DNA of 64,000 nucleotides from Paraspadella gotoi (Eukaryota > Animalia > Chaetognatha). Below, piece after piece: positions 12,815-25,215 of this stretch. Location of the stretch: positions 16,889,799-16,953,798 of the forward strand of contig CM119271.1 of the NCBI GenBank assembly GCA_051294375.1. Reading direction: 5' to 3'. How positions within the stretch are numbered: position 1 is the first letter of the stretch; each line of letters begins with the position of its first letter. A program made the position numbers and the translations under genes. A model generated the notes under the pieces. It did not search any database. It saw nothing but the letters and a program-made list of their open reading frames with translations, and was not told the DNA's origin.

Positions 12815-13170
12815 GTCTCTCTCATGCTCTCTCTCTCTCTCTCTCACGCCCTTCTCATGACTAATAAACCCCCCACCCGAGAGAGATGCGCCCCTTCCCA
12901 GTCAGAAAGCTAGGAGAAGATTTGTTGTCCTCCAACATCGTGCCGTGTTTGTCGTCGTCGTCGTTGTTGTTGTTCGTTTTCCCGTCGTCGGCTTGCTCCA
13001 TTCCTGCCGTTGCTCGCTTCCCGCCCTTCGTCTCCGTTCCCCCGCGCACCGTTGTTGGTCTTTGGCCGTTGTGCCGTCCGACAGCTCGAAAAGACAAATG
13101 TTTCTTTCTCCCTATGACTTATTTCTTTTAACACCAGCGAGAGAGATAGAGAGAGAGACGCCAGAGAGAG

Positions 13171-13204
<34 letters not shown>

Positions 13205-13449
13205 TAGAGAGAGAGAAGAGAGGGAGAGAGATAAGAGAGAGAGAGAGCAAGGAAAGCCGCACACACCGAGAAGGACAAGAGAAGNNNNNNNNNNNNNNNN
13301 NNNNNNNNNCTCTCTCGTCTCTCTTACTCTCTCTCTCTTCTTCTCTACTATCTCTCTCTCTCTCTCTTCTCTCTCTCTCTTTCTTTTCTCCTCTCTCTTC
13401 GTTATAAGAAGAGAGAGAGAGAGAGTATAGCGAAGATAGGGAAGAGGAG

Positions 13450-13690
13450 AGCGAAGTTAAAGGAGAAGAGAGGATAGTAAGATAGAGAGGGAGAGCAAGA
13501 GAGAGGATAGAAAGATAAGGAAAGGGAGAGTGAAGTTAAAGGAGAAGAGAGGATAGTAAGATAGAGAGGGAGAGCAAGAGAGAGGATAGAAAGATAAGGA
13601 GAGGGAGAGTGAAGTTAAAGGAGAAGAGAGGATAGTTAGATAGAGAGGGAGAGTAAGAAAGAGGATAGAAAGATAAGGAGAGGGAGAAAG
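13450..13690. repeat. 79-bp purine-rich tandem repeat, 3 copies
   Basis: GAAGTTAAAGGAGAAGAGAGGATAG recurs at ~13453, 13532 and 13611. Confidence 0.9.
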
Positions 13691-14687
13691 AGTGAAAACG
13701 TTTATGTCTTGTCATTCAAATTATAAAAGTTAAATACGGTGAACAATAAATGTATTGGCCGTTGAATGTGATTTGAAAAAAAGTTGACCCGGTCCTCTGG
13801 TCACCCTTTTTTTCTGAATATATTGATGAAATGAATTAAATGATAGTGGATGAATCGAATTTCCAGTATTCAGGCCAGTCGAGGGTCGGGAGAAAAAGAG
13901 GAGGCTAATTTGCATGAAAGGAATTAGGAGAAGGAAGAGGAAGAGGCGTTTCTCGTCACTTCTCGTCCCTTTCTCTCTCTCTCTCAGTCTTGCTCGTCTC
14001 TTCCTCTTCTCTCTCGATCTCTCTCTATTGTTCTCTCTCTCTTCTATTCGTTTTGGTCAAGACAAAACATCACAGAGACACCAAGATATTTAAAGAAAAA
14101 AAATCTCAACAGACCTCCTACAAAAAAATCTTTAAATCAATTCATAAACGTGACTCAAACCGCGTGGTTTACTTTGGCACAAAGAAAACAAAAGCACTTC
14201 AAGCACACAGATCCACATTTTTCACAATGTCTCATGAAAGACGAAACCACAGCTTAACTGGACGAAGAACCGATCTCATACAGCCTGCGAAGAAAAACAT
14301 CGGCCGACAATGATGTCAGCACTCCTATCCTTACGACAAACACATTATACAAAGCATCGTCACCGGGTGGAGATCTGCACCGCCCATCTTCCACGACGAA
14401 AGTTAATACTAAACTTTCCATTAAATATCGATCAAAAATCNNNNNNNNNNNNNNNNNNNNNNNNNGATCAATTCAATTTCAATTCAATCAATTTCATTCA
14501 ATTTCAATCAATTGTGAAACGTTAATTAATTTCAAATTTTCGTCTCGAAATTTTCTTGATAATCCAGCCAAAAAAAATTTAAGTGAAGAGCGAAAACGAA
14601 GGCAAAAAAAAATTTTACACTTTTAAAGTGAGACGTTTTGCACAGTCTCTCTCTCATTCACGCATTTTGTTCATCTCATCGAGTTTT

Positions 14688-15825
14688 TCACGCGCCGCTG
14701 CCGCTCGCGCGCCGCAGCCGCCGCCTCCACCGGCTTCCTCCTCTCTTCCTCTTCCTCCTCCTTTCCGCGTTCCGAATTTCCACGCCGATGGAACTGTGGA
14801 AGGGCGCGCCGTAAAACGATTGAGACCGGCGCCGAGTCCTTCGGCGGCCGTCGCCAGTTCGCGAGAACCAAATGGAAAAGGACCGTCCGCGCGGGCGAGG
14901 TTTGACGACGATTGCCCGGCCGTACCTGGGCTGTAAGGGGTCGGAGAGTTCTAGTTCTGTGAGAGAGTGGGGAGAGAGGCTGGAGGGAGGAGAAGAGGAT
15001 AGTGAAGAGACAGAAGCAGAGTCAGAGGGATACGGTTGCAGGTGGGTGGGTGGGGTCTGTAGTAACGGGAATTTGAAGCGTAATGATCGATGAGCAAACA
15101 AATAGACCGGACATACCGACAGACATACACTAGATGGATAGACAGACAACACAGACAGAGGGCTTCTGGCTAGGACCCTTAAAGGCAAACTGGAAGGACA
15201 GAAAGACTATGGATAGACGGAAAATCAGGGCTCTCAAATAGACGCACAAAAATGGAGATCTCGGAGGGAGAGTTGCGGACAGACAGATGGACCCCGATGC
15301 TGGCCCGGACGGACAACAGGATCATATTTAGGGGGGGCGGCTTATCGGCAACAGCCGGCGTTTCCTGTATGGTAGGTGCTCATTGGATGGGCATCTCACT
15401 GTTGGCTTTGGGTTCCGACCCTCAGTGCCGCCTCCAGTCACTTGGCGCTTTCGTTAGAGAGCAGAAATGTTAGCAGAAAACAAGCGACGCCGCCCGCCGC
15501 AGGCCCCAGTTCCGACGATGTCCGCCAGCACCTTTCTCAGCCCGATTTCGTCTCTTACCTTCCAGTTTTCTTTCGCCGTCATAGTAGCGGCGGCGCAAGT
15601 ATCAGGATCTTCTTGGGTGGCGAAGTACCTCTACCAAATGCCACGTGTTATGTGGCAGGGCGGTTCGGTTTGCATGCGAGACTGCCCGTTTGGTGATCGG
15701 AGCGATGTAGGGAAGTCGTCAGAGACGTGGGCGCGCACGCTCCTGCTGCGCGTGCTTATCTGCTATCAGCCCCTCCGCGGGGGTCTAGAGCATGGAGGCG
15801 GCGCCGAAGAAACAGAATGACCCTT
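14688..15825 (-). pseudogene. SLC35G/EamA-like transporter 3' exons, noisy left-arm copy
   Basis: Indel-rich reverse-complement copy of 20080-21211; ELELSDP and FSIWF are visible in ORF 14688..15188. Confidence 0.55.
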
Positions 15826-17481
15826 TCGTTGGAAGAAGTCGATGTGTTAGTTTTTTTTTGGTGGAAAAAATGGTTTACATGGTGACAATTTTTACCAAGC
15901 GCCGGTAGAGAAAACGCGTATTTGTCTCAACCCGTAAGAAATTTTTCAATTTAAATTATGAATTTAAAAAGTAAAAACCTAAAGCTAATTTATATATGGC
16001 AGAATTGTTGATCGAGGAATCGACTTTGATGAGTGGCGTCAGCGGAATGGGATGGAGCGCGAGGGAAAGGTTGAGTTGAGAAATGGTGCTCTTAATTTTT
16101 AAACTCACTTTTTTTAGATTTATTTTTTTTTCTCTTACTTTCAGTAAGCTTTCTGAAGAAAATTTAAAAATAAAATAATATAATATTATTATCTTTGAGA
16201 AGCGCTTTCAATCTAAGAGAATGACATACTTTGCAATACGTGTAGTATAAAATTTAACTGGCCCCAGTTTTAATTTATTTAGGTATACCAAAAACGAAGA
16301 CACTTTCCAAAAATAAATAGCTGCGGAGGGTATAATTTTTGAGCATTTTTATCAGAATTTTGATTTGGCATAATATTAATGTTTTTTTGCTCAGGTCGTT
16401 TCTTGGGATACGTCTATATAGATAATATTATTTTAAGTATATAACAGTGATATTTTAAAAAATATTAATTGAACCTAGCTGTGCAGCTTAATTTTTCTTT
16501 TAATATTTAAATTGTAGTTGCTATTAAGTACTACTCTGTGTAGATGATGCTCTGAATATTTTATTTAATATATATATTGATGCTTTATTGATTGATTTTT
16601 GTGTTTATATATATTCTTAGATATTATTAAATTGATTGATTGACTTTCAATTTGCTTCAAAATATGTTCCTGTTCAGAAAGCTACAAAGATATATATTAT
16701 ATATTAATAAAATTCATACAAAACTTATAAAATTTTCTCCAACTGGTAAGATTGTTTATTAAGGAGTTTGTTGGAATTTCAGTCAAAGACGATTTACTTA
16801 AACGAAAAACCGAATTTCAAATTAAGACGAGAATCTTTGGGGAGTCTATTCTGTATCTATTTAATTCTTAATATATATAAATAAAAGTGAGAGATGAGTG
16901 AGAGAAAAAAAAGTATTATGTTGTTAATAAGAGAGAGAGAGAGAGGACAGAGAGAAATTGAAACGTGAGTGGATGAGCATATAAAGGCGAATTTGTATAT
17001 TTTTTAGAAAAGTTTGGCCAAAAAAAAACAGAAAAAAGCCAATTTGCGCGTTCAGGATGTCTAGGAAATGATTTTAGGTAGTTATGGTCGATTGGATGAT
17101 CGATCGGAAAAGTGGTAGTGCTGGCTGCCAGGCGGAGCTGATGACGAAGAGCTGGTTCGATGGGTTGCAGTGGCTGACCCTTTCAATAAATTAGAACTGC
17201 GGGCTTACCCCTGTTCTCCTTCCCTCCTCCTGCCCTCCTCCTCTTCCTCCTCCTGCTGCTTTCCCAGTGAACTGAATGTGATTTTCGCTTAACATCCTTT
17301 TCAGAATCGTTGGGATTGAGAGTTGTTGTTATGTTGTTGTTTTTGTTGTTGTTGTTGTGTTAAAAGGGACGGAGTCGCGGAGCGAGGAGCTTTCATCCTT
17401 CAATCCGGGAGTTTCTGGATCAGGGGCGGGCGCGGTTGCGTGCTCGGTGCTCGGGGTCGGGCTCTCTCTCTGCTCTCTGCT

Positions 17482-17529
<48 letters not shown>

Positions 17530-17609
17530 TTTTAAAAGAGAGAGAGAACGGGCCTGATCAGAAAATGGATTGAAGGATGAAAGCTCCTGTGGACTCGTCC
17601 TTTTAACAA

Positions 17610-17652
<43 letters not shown>

Positions 17653-18269
17653 TCTCAATCCAACGATTGAAAGGATTAAAGCGAAAATCAACATTCAGTT
17701 CCACTCGGGAAAGCAGAGAAGGAGGAGGAGGAGGAGGAGGAGGGAGAAAGGGGGTAAGGATCTATTTTGAAAAAGGTCAGATGACCATGAAAGTTTGTCA
17801 TCAGTCCGCTGAGAGAGATACATTTGATGATCATAATGACATAATATAAAATTATTTCTAACATCCTGAATGCGAAAATNNNNNNNNNNAAATCGTCTTT
17901 GAATTAATTCAAACAAACTCTCTTAATAAAATCTTACAGTGAGAAAATTTATAAAATTTTTGTATGATTTTTTTTCTTTTCTATAAATTTCTTTGTACTT
18001 TCTGAAACAGGAACATATTTGTGAAGCAAATTGAAGTCAATCAATCAATTAATCAGTCAATCGATTGATCAATCAATCAATAAAGCAATCAATTAATTAT
18101 TAAAATAAATAAATTAATTATAAAATCTACAAGTTGTCATTTAATAATTTAATATCAAAGAAAAATAAGCTTCCCAGCCTTGGTTCAATTAAGAGAGTCA
18201 AAAGTGAATTATCTAAAATTTAAAAATATTTTTTTTTTAGTAGAATAAGTTTGAGTTTATTTGCAACAA

Positions 18270-18386
18270 CGATTTTATTAGTACAATAAGGACGTACAGT
18301 TTCGGCCTTTAGTTTACAAGCTTCTTCAGGTCATACAGGAAAATATTTTTTGTTGAACTTTTAAAATTATTTGTGTAAAGGAAAGT

Positions 18387-18425
<39 letters not shown>

Positions 18426-19500
18426 ACAGAGACAGGCAAGTTTCCACACAGAGTTGAGAAAAGAAATAGTGGTCTAGATGTGAGGACAGGTCAAGGTGAA
18501 GACAGATTGAGTTAGACGTGAAAGAAATTAAATGGTGAAAAAATTTGAGAGAGAGGGAGAGAGACAGAAGAGAGAGAGAGAGAAGGAACATTAGTTAACA
18601 AACATTGTGCAATGTACAACAAAGATAAATGATTTAAAGACTAACAGTGAAATAAATATTTTTAAACAATTTTTTTTTTTTTATGCATATTTAAACTACT
18701 TAATAAATAATTGAGTATAAAACAGTGAAATTGAAATGTGAAAGGAAAGAAGAGAATTAAGTTTAGAAGATATTAATGTGGAAAGTGAAATTAAGAATTA
18801 AGAAAGAGGCTCAAAATGAGCTGGCCCCCTTTGGTTGAAGCAAATGAGAGGTTAGTGACGAATGTGGTCGAGTCATTGGCGCGTCAGTGGCCTGAGAGGT
18901 CATATCGATTCGAGCCCTGTATGGTGATGGACTGTGTAGGCTCCTTGCGGGAAGAGTCCAAAGGCTACCCTGATGTCTCTCTGGCCTGGTACGCCTGTCG
19001 ACTGCCCTCTTCTGTCATGCTGCTGAGAATGGGTGGTTGTCCGTTTTGGCCGCTTTTGCGACATGAGTTTGTGGACTCCTTCCTTCCTCCAGCAGCCGCC
19101 TTTTTGGTGGCGCTTACTCCACAGAGAGGGGAGTGAGTTGCTGGCAGTTGAAGGAGAGGCAGTTGCCCATTGCTGCGCAAAGGTCTCCCTTGTTTTCGTG
19201 AGTAAAACGGGGGGAGTCATGTGCGGACGTGGGTGGTGGCGGGGCTCTACACACGCTTTTGATAAGCCGTATCATAGCTTGGAGGGAGATCGAAATCGTC
19301 CTCCATCGCACGAATTCAAAGAGGCTCGAGGGCTTTGATATAGATCCCTCTCTAATACCTCTGAGAACCAGTTTGGGTCATGGGACGCACGAGAACAGTC
19401 TGACTCTCTATAGATGGCCAGTATTACTGTATGTTTCAGCTACGCAAGATAGGTAATGTCCTCTTCGCATCGCGATAAGGTTTTGTGTGCTGCTGAAAGC
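18270..19500 (-). mobile_element. Penelope-like element 3' remnant (GIY-YIG C-terminus plus 3' end)
   Basis: 19255-19380 reads, across several frameshifts, DPNWFSRGIREGIYIKALEPSLNRDGGRFDLPPSYDTLI, matching the PLE endonuclease C-terminal pattern WFxRGxxEAIYI..PSLNRDGG. Hammerhead-like core and AATAAA lie downstream on the same strand. The block is absent from the mirror arm. Confidence 0.8.
18285..18335 (-). ncRNA. Candidate degenerate minimal type I hammerhead ribozyme
   Basis: ATGAC-CTGAAGA-AGCTTGTAAACTAAAGGCC-GAAA-CTGTAC-GTC-CTTAT: CUGANGA and GAAA boxes, GUC site and quasi-palindromic stem III; stems I and II are imperfect. Confidence 0.55.
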
Positions 19501-20079
19501 GGTCTGTTATAACTTAAAATATTATTATTTATATAAGTATCAAGAAAGAGCCTGAGAAAAAAACATTTAATATAGCAAATTCACAATTTGATAAAAATCA
19601 TAAAATTTACTCTCCAGCTATTGATTTTTAAAAAGATGTCTCGTTTTTGAGTAATCCTAATTAAAATTAAAGCTGGACCAGTTAAAATTTTATACTACAG
19701 TATTCGTAAGTACGTCATTCTCTTTAGATTTGAAAGGGCTTTTAAGAAGATAATAATATTAATATTATTTTTTTTACATTTCTTCAGAAAACTTACTGAA
19801 GTAAGAGAAAAAAATTAAATCTTAAAAAAAGTTAGTTTAAAAATTAGAGACGATTTTCAAATCCATCTTCCTGCTATCATTGCTGACGCATATCAAAGTC
19901 GATTCTGATTTTATCAGAAATAGTTTAGGTTTTTACTTTTAAATTCATATTTAACATTAAAAAAATCTCCTTGGGTTTGCAAATGACAGCGTTTTTCTAC
20001 CGGCGCTTGTAAAATTGTCACCATGTAAACATTTTTTTCAACCAAAAAAACCTAAACATGATTCTCTCCCAACGAAAGG

Positions 20080-21211
20080 GTCATTTGTTTTGGGGCCTCC
20101 TGCTCTACGGCTGCTGCGAGCTGCTGCAGTCTCTGACGACTTCCCTCATCCGCACGTCTCGCGCAAACGAACGCCCTCATATTTTTGGGTAAGTTCGCCT
20201 CGATCCTGATCTTCGCTCGGACGGCTGTATGGTGGACTAAAAATCCACCAACCGTTCATCAGCGGCCATTGGTGCCGGAGGCAAGTCATTCGCCTCCCAA
20301 CCCAAAGGTCCGGGGTTCTAGCCCGGTGGCCGCCTAGCAGTTAAGAGGGACGGGGCGCTTAACCCGCCTGTAACATGGTGTTACATCCTGATCCGAAACT
20401 CAGGGACTGCGTATATTGTACGGTTTTGTCATTAACACATAACAATAATTACTGTCTCTTCAACTGGAAGGTAAGGACGACCGGCGAATGGTGCTGCGTC
20501 GTCGGACTGGGCTGCGGGGACGGCGTCACTGTTTTCTGCTCCATTTTCTGCTCTACGAAAATGCGCCAGTGACTGGAGGCGTCACAGGCAACCCGGCTGT
20601 TGCCATACCCCTAAATTATGACTGTTTTCCGTCGGGCAAGCTCGGGGTCCATCTGTCTGTCCGACTCTCCATCGGAGTCTCTATTTTTGTGCGTCTATTT
20701 GAGAGCCTTGATTTTCCGTCTATCCATATGTCTTTTTGTCCTTCAGTTTGCCTTTAAGTCTACCAGAAAGCCTCTGTCTGTTTGTCTGTCCATCTCTAGT
20801 GAAGTAATCACTTCGTCTGTCCGTCGGTATGTCCGTCTATTTGTTTGCTATCGATCAATTAGCTTCAAATTCCCTTTACCCCACCAACCGTATCCCTCTG
20901 ACTCTGTCTCTGTCTCTCTCCCTCTCTCCCTCCCTCTCTCACAGGAACTAGAACTCTCCGACCCCGGGACGGCGGGCATCGTCGTCAACCTCGTCCACGC
21001 GGCGACGGTCTTTTCCATTTGGTTCTTCGACGAACTGGCGACGCCGCTGGAAGGACTCGGCGCCGGTCTCACGTTTTGCGGCGCCGCCTTCACATCGGCG
21101 TGGAAATTCTGGCGCGGAAAGGAGGGAGGAAGAGGAAGAGGAGGAGGAAGAGGGTGGAGGCGGCGGCTGCGGCGGCGGCGGCGGCTGCGGCTGGGGCGGC
21201 AGCGGCGGTGA
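20080..21211 (+). pseudogene. SLC35G/EamA (DMT superfamily) transporter-like gene, last two exons, disrupted
   Basis: Acceptor (CT)n ACAG| at 20944 then ELELSDPGTAGIVVNLVHAATVFSIWFFDELATPLEGLGAGLTFCGAAFTSAWKFW, resembling the SLC35G C-terminal TM9-10 pattern. Upstream NWKVRTTGEWCCVVGLGCG...TK resembles TM8. Stop, indels and an insert in the upstream exon. Confidence 0.65.
20230..20455 (+). mobile_element. tRNA-derived SINE-like insertion
   Basis: 20262-20333: GCGGCCA...TGGCCGC 7-bp acceptor stem, A-box-like TGGTGCCGGAGG, B-box-like GGTTCTAGCCC; absent from the mirror arm near 15570. Confidence 0.6.
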
Positions 21212-21957
21212 AAAACTCGATGAGATGACGAAATTGCGTGAATGAGAGAAGATGTGAAAAACGTCTCACTTTAAAAGTGTAAAATTTTTTTCCTTTTTTC
21301 TTATTTTTTTTTCGAGAAAATTGAATTAAATTAATTTTAATTGAATAGAATTGAATTGAATTGAATTGAAGTAATTTTTACTTGAAATTGGTAGATTCAA
21401 TTTAAAATTATCCATTCATTCTTGTTAGAAATCCACTATGAAATTAAATTCAAAATTTAAAATTCAAAACTTTAGTCTTCGTCTACTTTTAGGTAAAAAA
21501 AGAATTTTTTAAAAAAGTTCGATTTTAATGCTTTTATTTTTGCTATTAAAATTACAATATTGCTATATAATGATAAAAAAATTTTAATCAATCTTAACTT
21601 TTTTGATGGATTCTGATAGAGCATAAAAAGTTAAATAAAAAATATAACTACAACTTTAAAAAAAAATTTTTTTTGGTCAAAATTAATAAAAAGTCATGCC
21701 CATTGGGATGTGACATCTCACTGTTGGCTTTGGGGGCTTCAGACGCCTCTAGTCACTGGCAGGGTTACCCTAGGCGTTGTGAATATACCGCCGCAACGGA
21801 GACAAATAAAACCGCTGAAGTACAGGGAGACTAAGACTGAATGTCATAAACAAAATGCCCTGTGCTTTGGGCAATGCCCTGTACGCTATGCCATGTATGA
21901 AATGCCCTGTAAGCACTAAGGTTCATCCCGTCTAGAAACACAGTAACTACATTTCTG

Positions 21958-22030
21958 GCCCGGTGGTTCATTGAGCAGAGCCAACCACTAATGTCACTTA
22001 TGTAGTGGGTTCAATCCCCAAATGTTGAAG
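21958..22030 (+). mobile_element. Possible degenerate tRNA-derived SINE head
   Basis: GGCCCGGTGGTTCATTG (A-box-like) and GGGTTCAATCCC (B-box) at pol III promoter spacing. Confidence 0.3.
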
Positions 22031-22900
22031 CGTGAGCACGGCCATAAAACAATTTGGGCTTCTGGAAAACCTCCAAGCTCAAAACCCTTTCATTGCTGAA
22101 TCCTACCCTAAACCATAATCACAAACCAAGTCCCTAAACTTAATCACTAACTTAATATCAAACCTTATCCTGAAGCCTCACCTCTTACTTAATTTCTAAC
22201 TAGAGAAAAAAACCTAATTCCAAAATAAAGACAATAAGACCGAAGTGACACTTGGCACACAGTCGATCACAATGTTAATGATTCCTCGTGAATATTTTCT
22301 TTTGTGATTGTTTTCCCCTTCTCAAGGAAATTGTCACGTACAAAGAAAACAGTCAGCAAATTGACGAAACCATCAGCAATGCGTCTTTTCGGCAGCAATC
22401 GCCATTTGCTTTGGGGTCTGACCCTTTACTCTCTCTCGGAAATTCTGCACGTATCGACGAGTCTATTGCTGAAGGAGCGGACCGCAAGAGTAGAGAGTAC
22501 TAGAGTAGAGTGGATTAGTTACGCGGAACTAGGATGCGGCGGAAACGTCTCTTGCATCTGCAACATTTACGGATCTGAGAAGNNNNNNNNNNNNNNNNNN
22601 NNNNNNNNNNNNNNNNNNNNNNNNNNNNNNNNNNNNNNNNNNNNNNNNNNNNNNNNNNNNNNNNNNNNNNNNNNNNNNNNNNNNNNNNNNNNNNNNNNNN
22701 NNNNNNNNNNNNNNNNNNNNNNNNNNNNNNNNNNNNNNNNNNNNNNNNNNNNNNNNNNNNNNNNNNNNNNNNNNNNNNNNNNNNNNNNNNNNNNNNNNNN
22801 NNNNNAATGCACTGGCGATTTTTTAGCTTTTAAAGTGGAAGGGATATTGTCGACGCCGGAGAGAGAGAGAAAGAAACGGGAGAGAGAGAGAGAGAGAGAA

Positions 22901-22938
<38 letters not shown>

Positions 22939-22942
22939 AGAT

Positions 22943-22996
<54 letters not shown>

Positions 22997-23208
22997 AGAG
23001 AACAACAAAGGGCCAAGAAACATATTTTCCTCATTTCCAATTTGACTGTCATCAACAGTGAAATTCTCAACTTGATTTCCTCCCACGATTTTTCTTTTTC
23101 AAATCGATCCCCTCCCCCTCCCCTCTCGCCGATTGCTACCATACCAACCGCCACTCTCCCACTCTCCCGCTCTTTGTCACCCCTAGAGTCTCTCTCTCTC
23201 TCTCTCTC

Positions 23209-23248
<40 letters not shown>

Positions 23249-23351
23249 TCTCTGCTGTGACATTACGAGACGATTAGTGCCAACTGGGTTAATTCCAAAA
23301 TGCAAATCATCTTCTGTTCTTTTTTTTTTACAAGGAAAGCCCTTACCCTTC

Positions 23352-23411
<60 letters not shown>

Positions 23412-23814
23412 CTTTTTCTTTATCTCTCCTTATCGATACATATTTTTCTTTTTTATCTTCACGTCTTCTCTATTTTTTTCTTCTAAGTTTCAAAAATTCT
23501 TTCTTAAAGTTTCCATCCAACTTCTTCCTTGTTCTCTTGTTTTTTGGAATATTGGAATCCCCCCCCCCGAGTCACTCTTTAACTGTCTACAACTCACCTC
23601 CCGCATTCAAGTTTGATACTCACAACAAAAACTCAAGGATCACAAATTAACAAAAAAAACAACATGCTAAAATCTTTTTTTTCCTAAAATTCAAAATCAT
23701 AATTCAACTTTCTTTTATGCTTTTAATTTTATGATTTTTTTTAGAATTTTATATAATATTATCTATAATATAATATAATATATATATATACTATAATATA
23801 TATATATATATGGC

Positions 23815-24036
23815 CCTTAACACCAAAGACTGTCCAAAGTCAGGGGCAAGATAGCTTAATTTATTAAATGAATGGAATAATTTTAATATTGTTGTACCAA
23901 ATTTCATAAAATTTCAGCTCCTTGTATTTATTGGATGCTAGTGCCGCGGTACAATAATATTTCCCCGACTAATACTTAAAGGAGTGGTCTTTTCATACAA
24001 TTGAAATAATTTTTATATTGGTTGTACCATTTTCAT
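23815..24036 (+). repeat. Dispersed ~330-bp repeat family, copy spanning a tail-to-head junction
   Basis: The 3' end (...GTTGTACCAAATTTCATAAAA) runs directly into the 5' start (TTTCAGCTCCTTGTATTT...GATGCTAGTG). Confidence 0.8.
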
Positions 24037-24682
24037 AATATAATATAATATAATATAATATAATATAAACGAAGGAAGTAGGCGAATTGAGGAGAAATTA
24101 GAGAAGTTTTATTAACTTTAAACACACGAGGAGATAATGATAATTGATGGAGATTAGGCAGAATAAACAGAATGTAAACAAATACAATAAAGTATTGATG
24201 TTGAGTTCTTGAAGGTAAGTTGAAGAGTGATTTCGTTCCCTCTCCTCTTTCTCTGCCGTCGGTTTCCAGAGGGAAGCCTCCTCTCTGATTGGTCAATCAG
24301 AAGAAAAGACGGAAAAGCCAAGAGAGGCAAACCATTTGGTCTATCAGATCCATCTACTGGTCAATTTCCTGCAATGATATATGATAATATAATATAATAT
24401 AATATAATATCACAAATTCAGTTCACATTAACCGGCTAAATGCATGATAGAAAAAGTATTACATTTTTACTAGATTTCTTTCTCTTTTCTTTCTCTTTTC
24501 TTTTCTTTCTCTTTTCTTTTATTTCTCTTTTCCTTTCTTTCTCTTTTCGTTTCTCTTTTCCCCTTCCCTTCATCTATCTTTCCTTTTTTCCTTTTTTCCT
24601 TTTTCCTTTTTTTTCCTTTTATCTCTCAACACTTCCTCTTCCTCGACCTTTTAGCTCACAGTTTCCAAGAAGATAAAGTCAC

Positions 24683-24780
<98 letters not shown>

Positions 24781-24854
24781 GGTTCCATTTGTTGTCTACC
24801 TTCGATGACCCCGAGTCAACACCCCGAGGCGACGATGAGCGAGGAAGTTCTTAT

Positions 24855-25215
24855 TGCGTGCGAATAACCTCGCGCGTAAATGACCTGGCGTGTAAATGAC
24901 CTCACATGTAAAGAAAGTCAGCTGATAATTACGTGGCGTGTAAAAAATCTGTACGTGTAAATGACCAGGCATATCAATGACAATCAGCGAAACAACATGG
25001 CGAGAAAATGGCCTGGCGTGCAAATGACGACTCGTACATATAACTTGTCGAACGAATTACCTTAACCTGAGTGCAAATGACCTTGACTTGAGTGCAAATG
25101 ACCTTGACTTGAATGCAAATGACCTTGGTTTGCGTGCAAATATCCTTGCGTGCTAATGACTTTATCCGGAGTAGCAATGATCGCGGCTCCAAATGATCTT
25201 GCGTGAAAATTACGG
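24855..25215. repeat. Degenerate ~19-21-bp tandem repeat
   Basis: Recurrent GCGTG(C/T)AAATGACCT core. Confidence 0.8.

Larger units (their letters stand above)
14466..21365. repeat. Large imperfect inverted duplication centred near 17530
   Basis: 14610-15320 mirrors 20590-21290, 15820-16440 mirrors 19520-20090, and 17200-17410 mirrors 17565-17760; centre is (TC)n-TTTTAAAA-(GA)n. Confidence 0.9.

Noticed and set aside
12861-13097. GC-rich minus-strand ORF as a terminal exon
   Set aside because: Low complexity, poor acceptor, no recognisable domain.
22090-22230. Interstitial telomere-like repeats (also 5260-5380 and 44580-44680)
   Set aside because: Highly degenerate TAACC/TTAGG-like words without an exact array.
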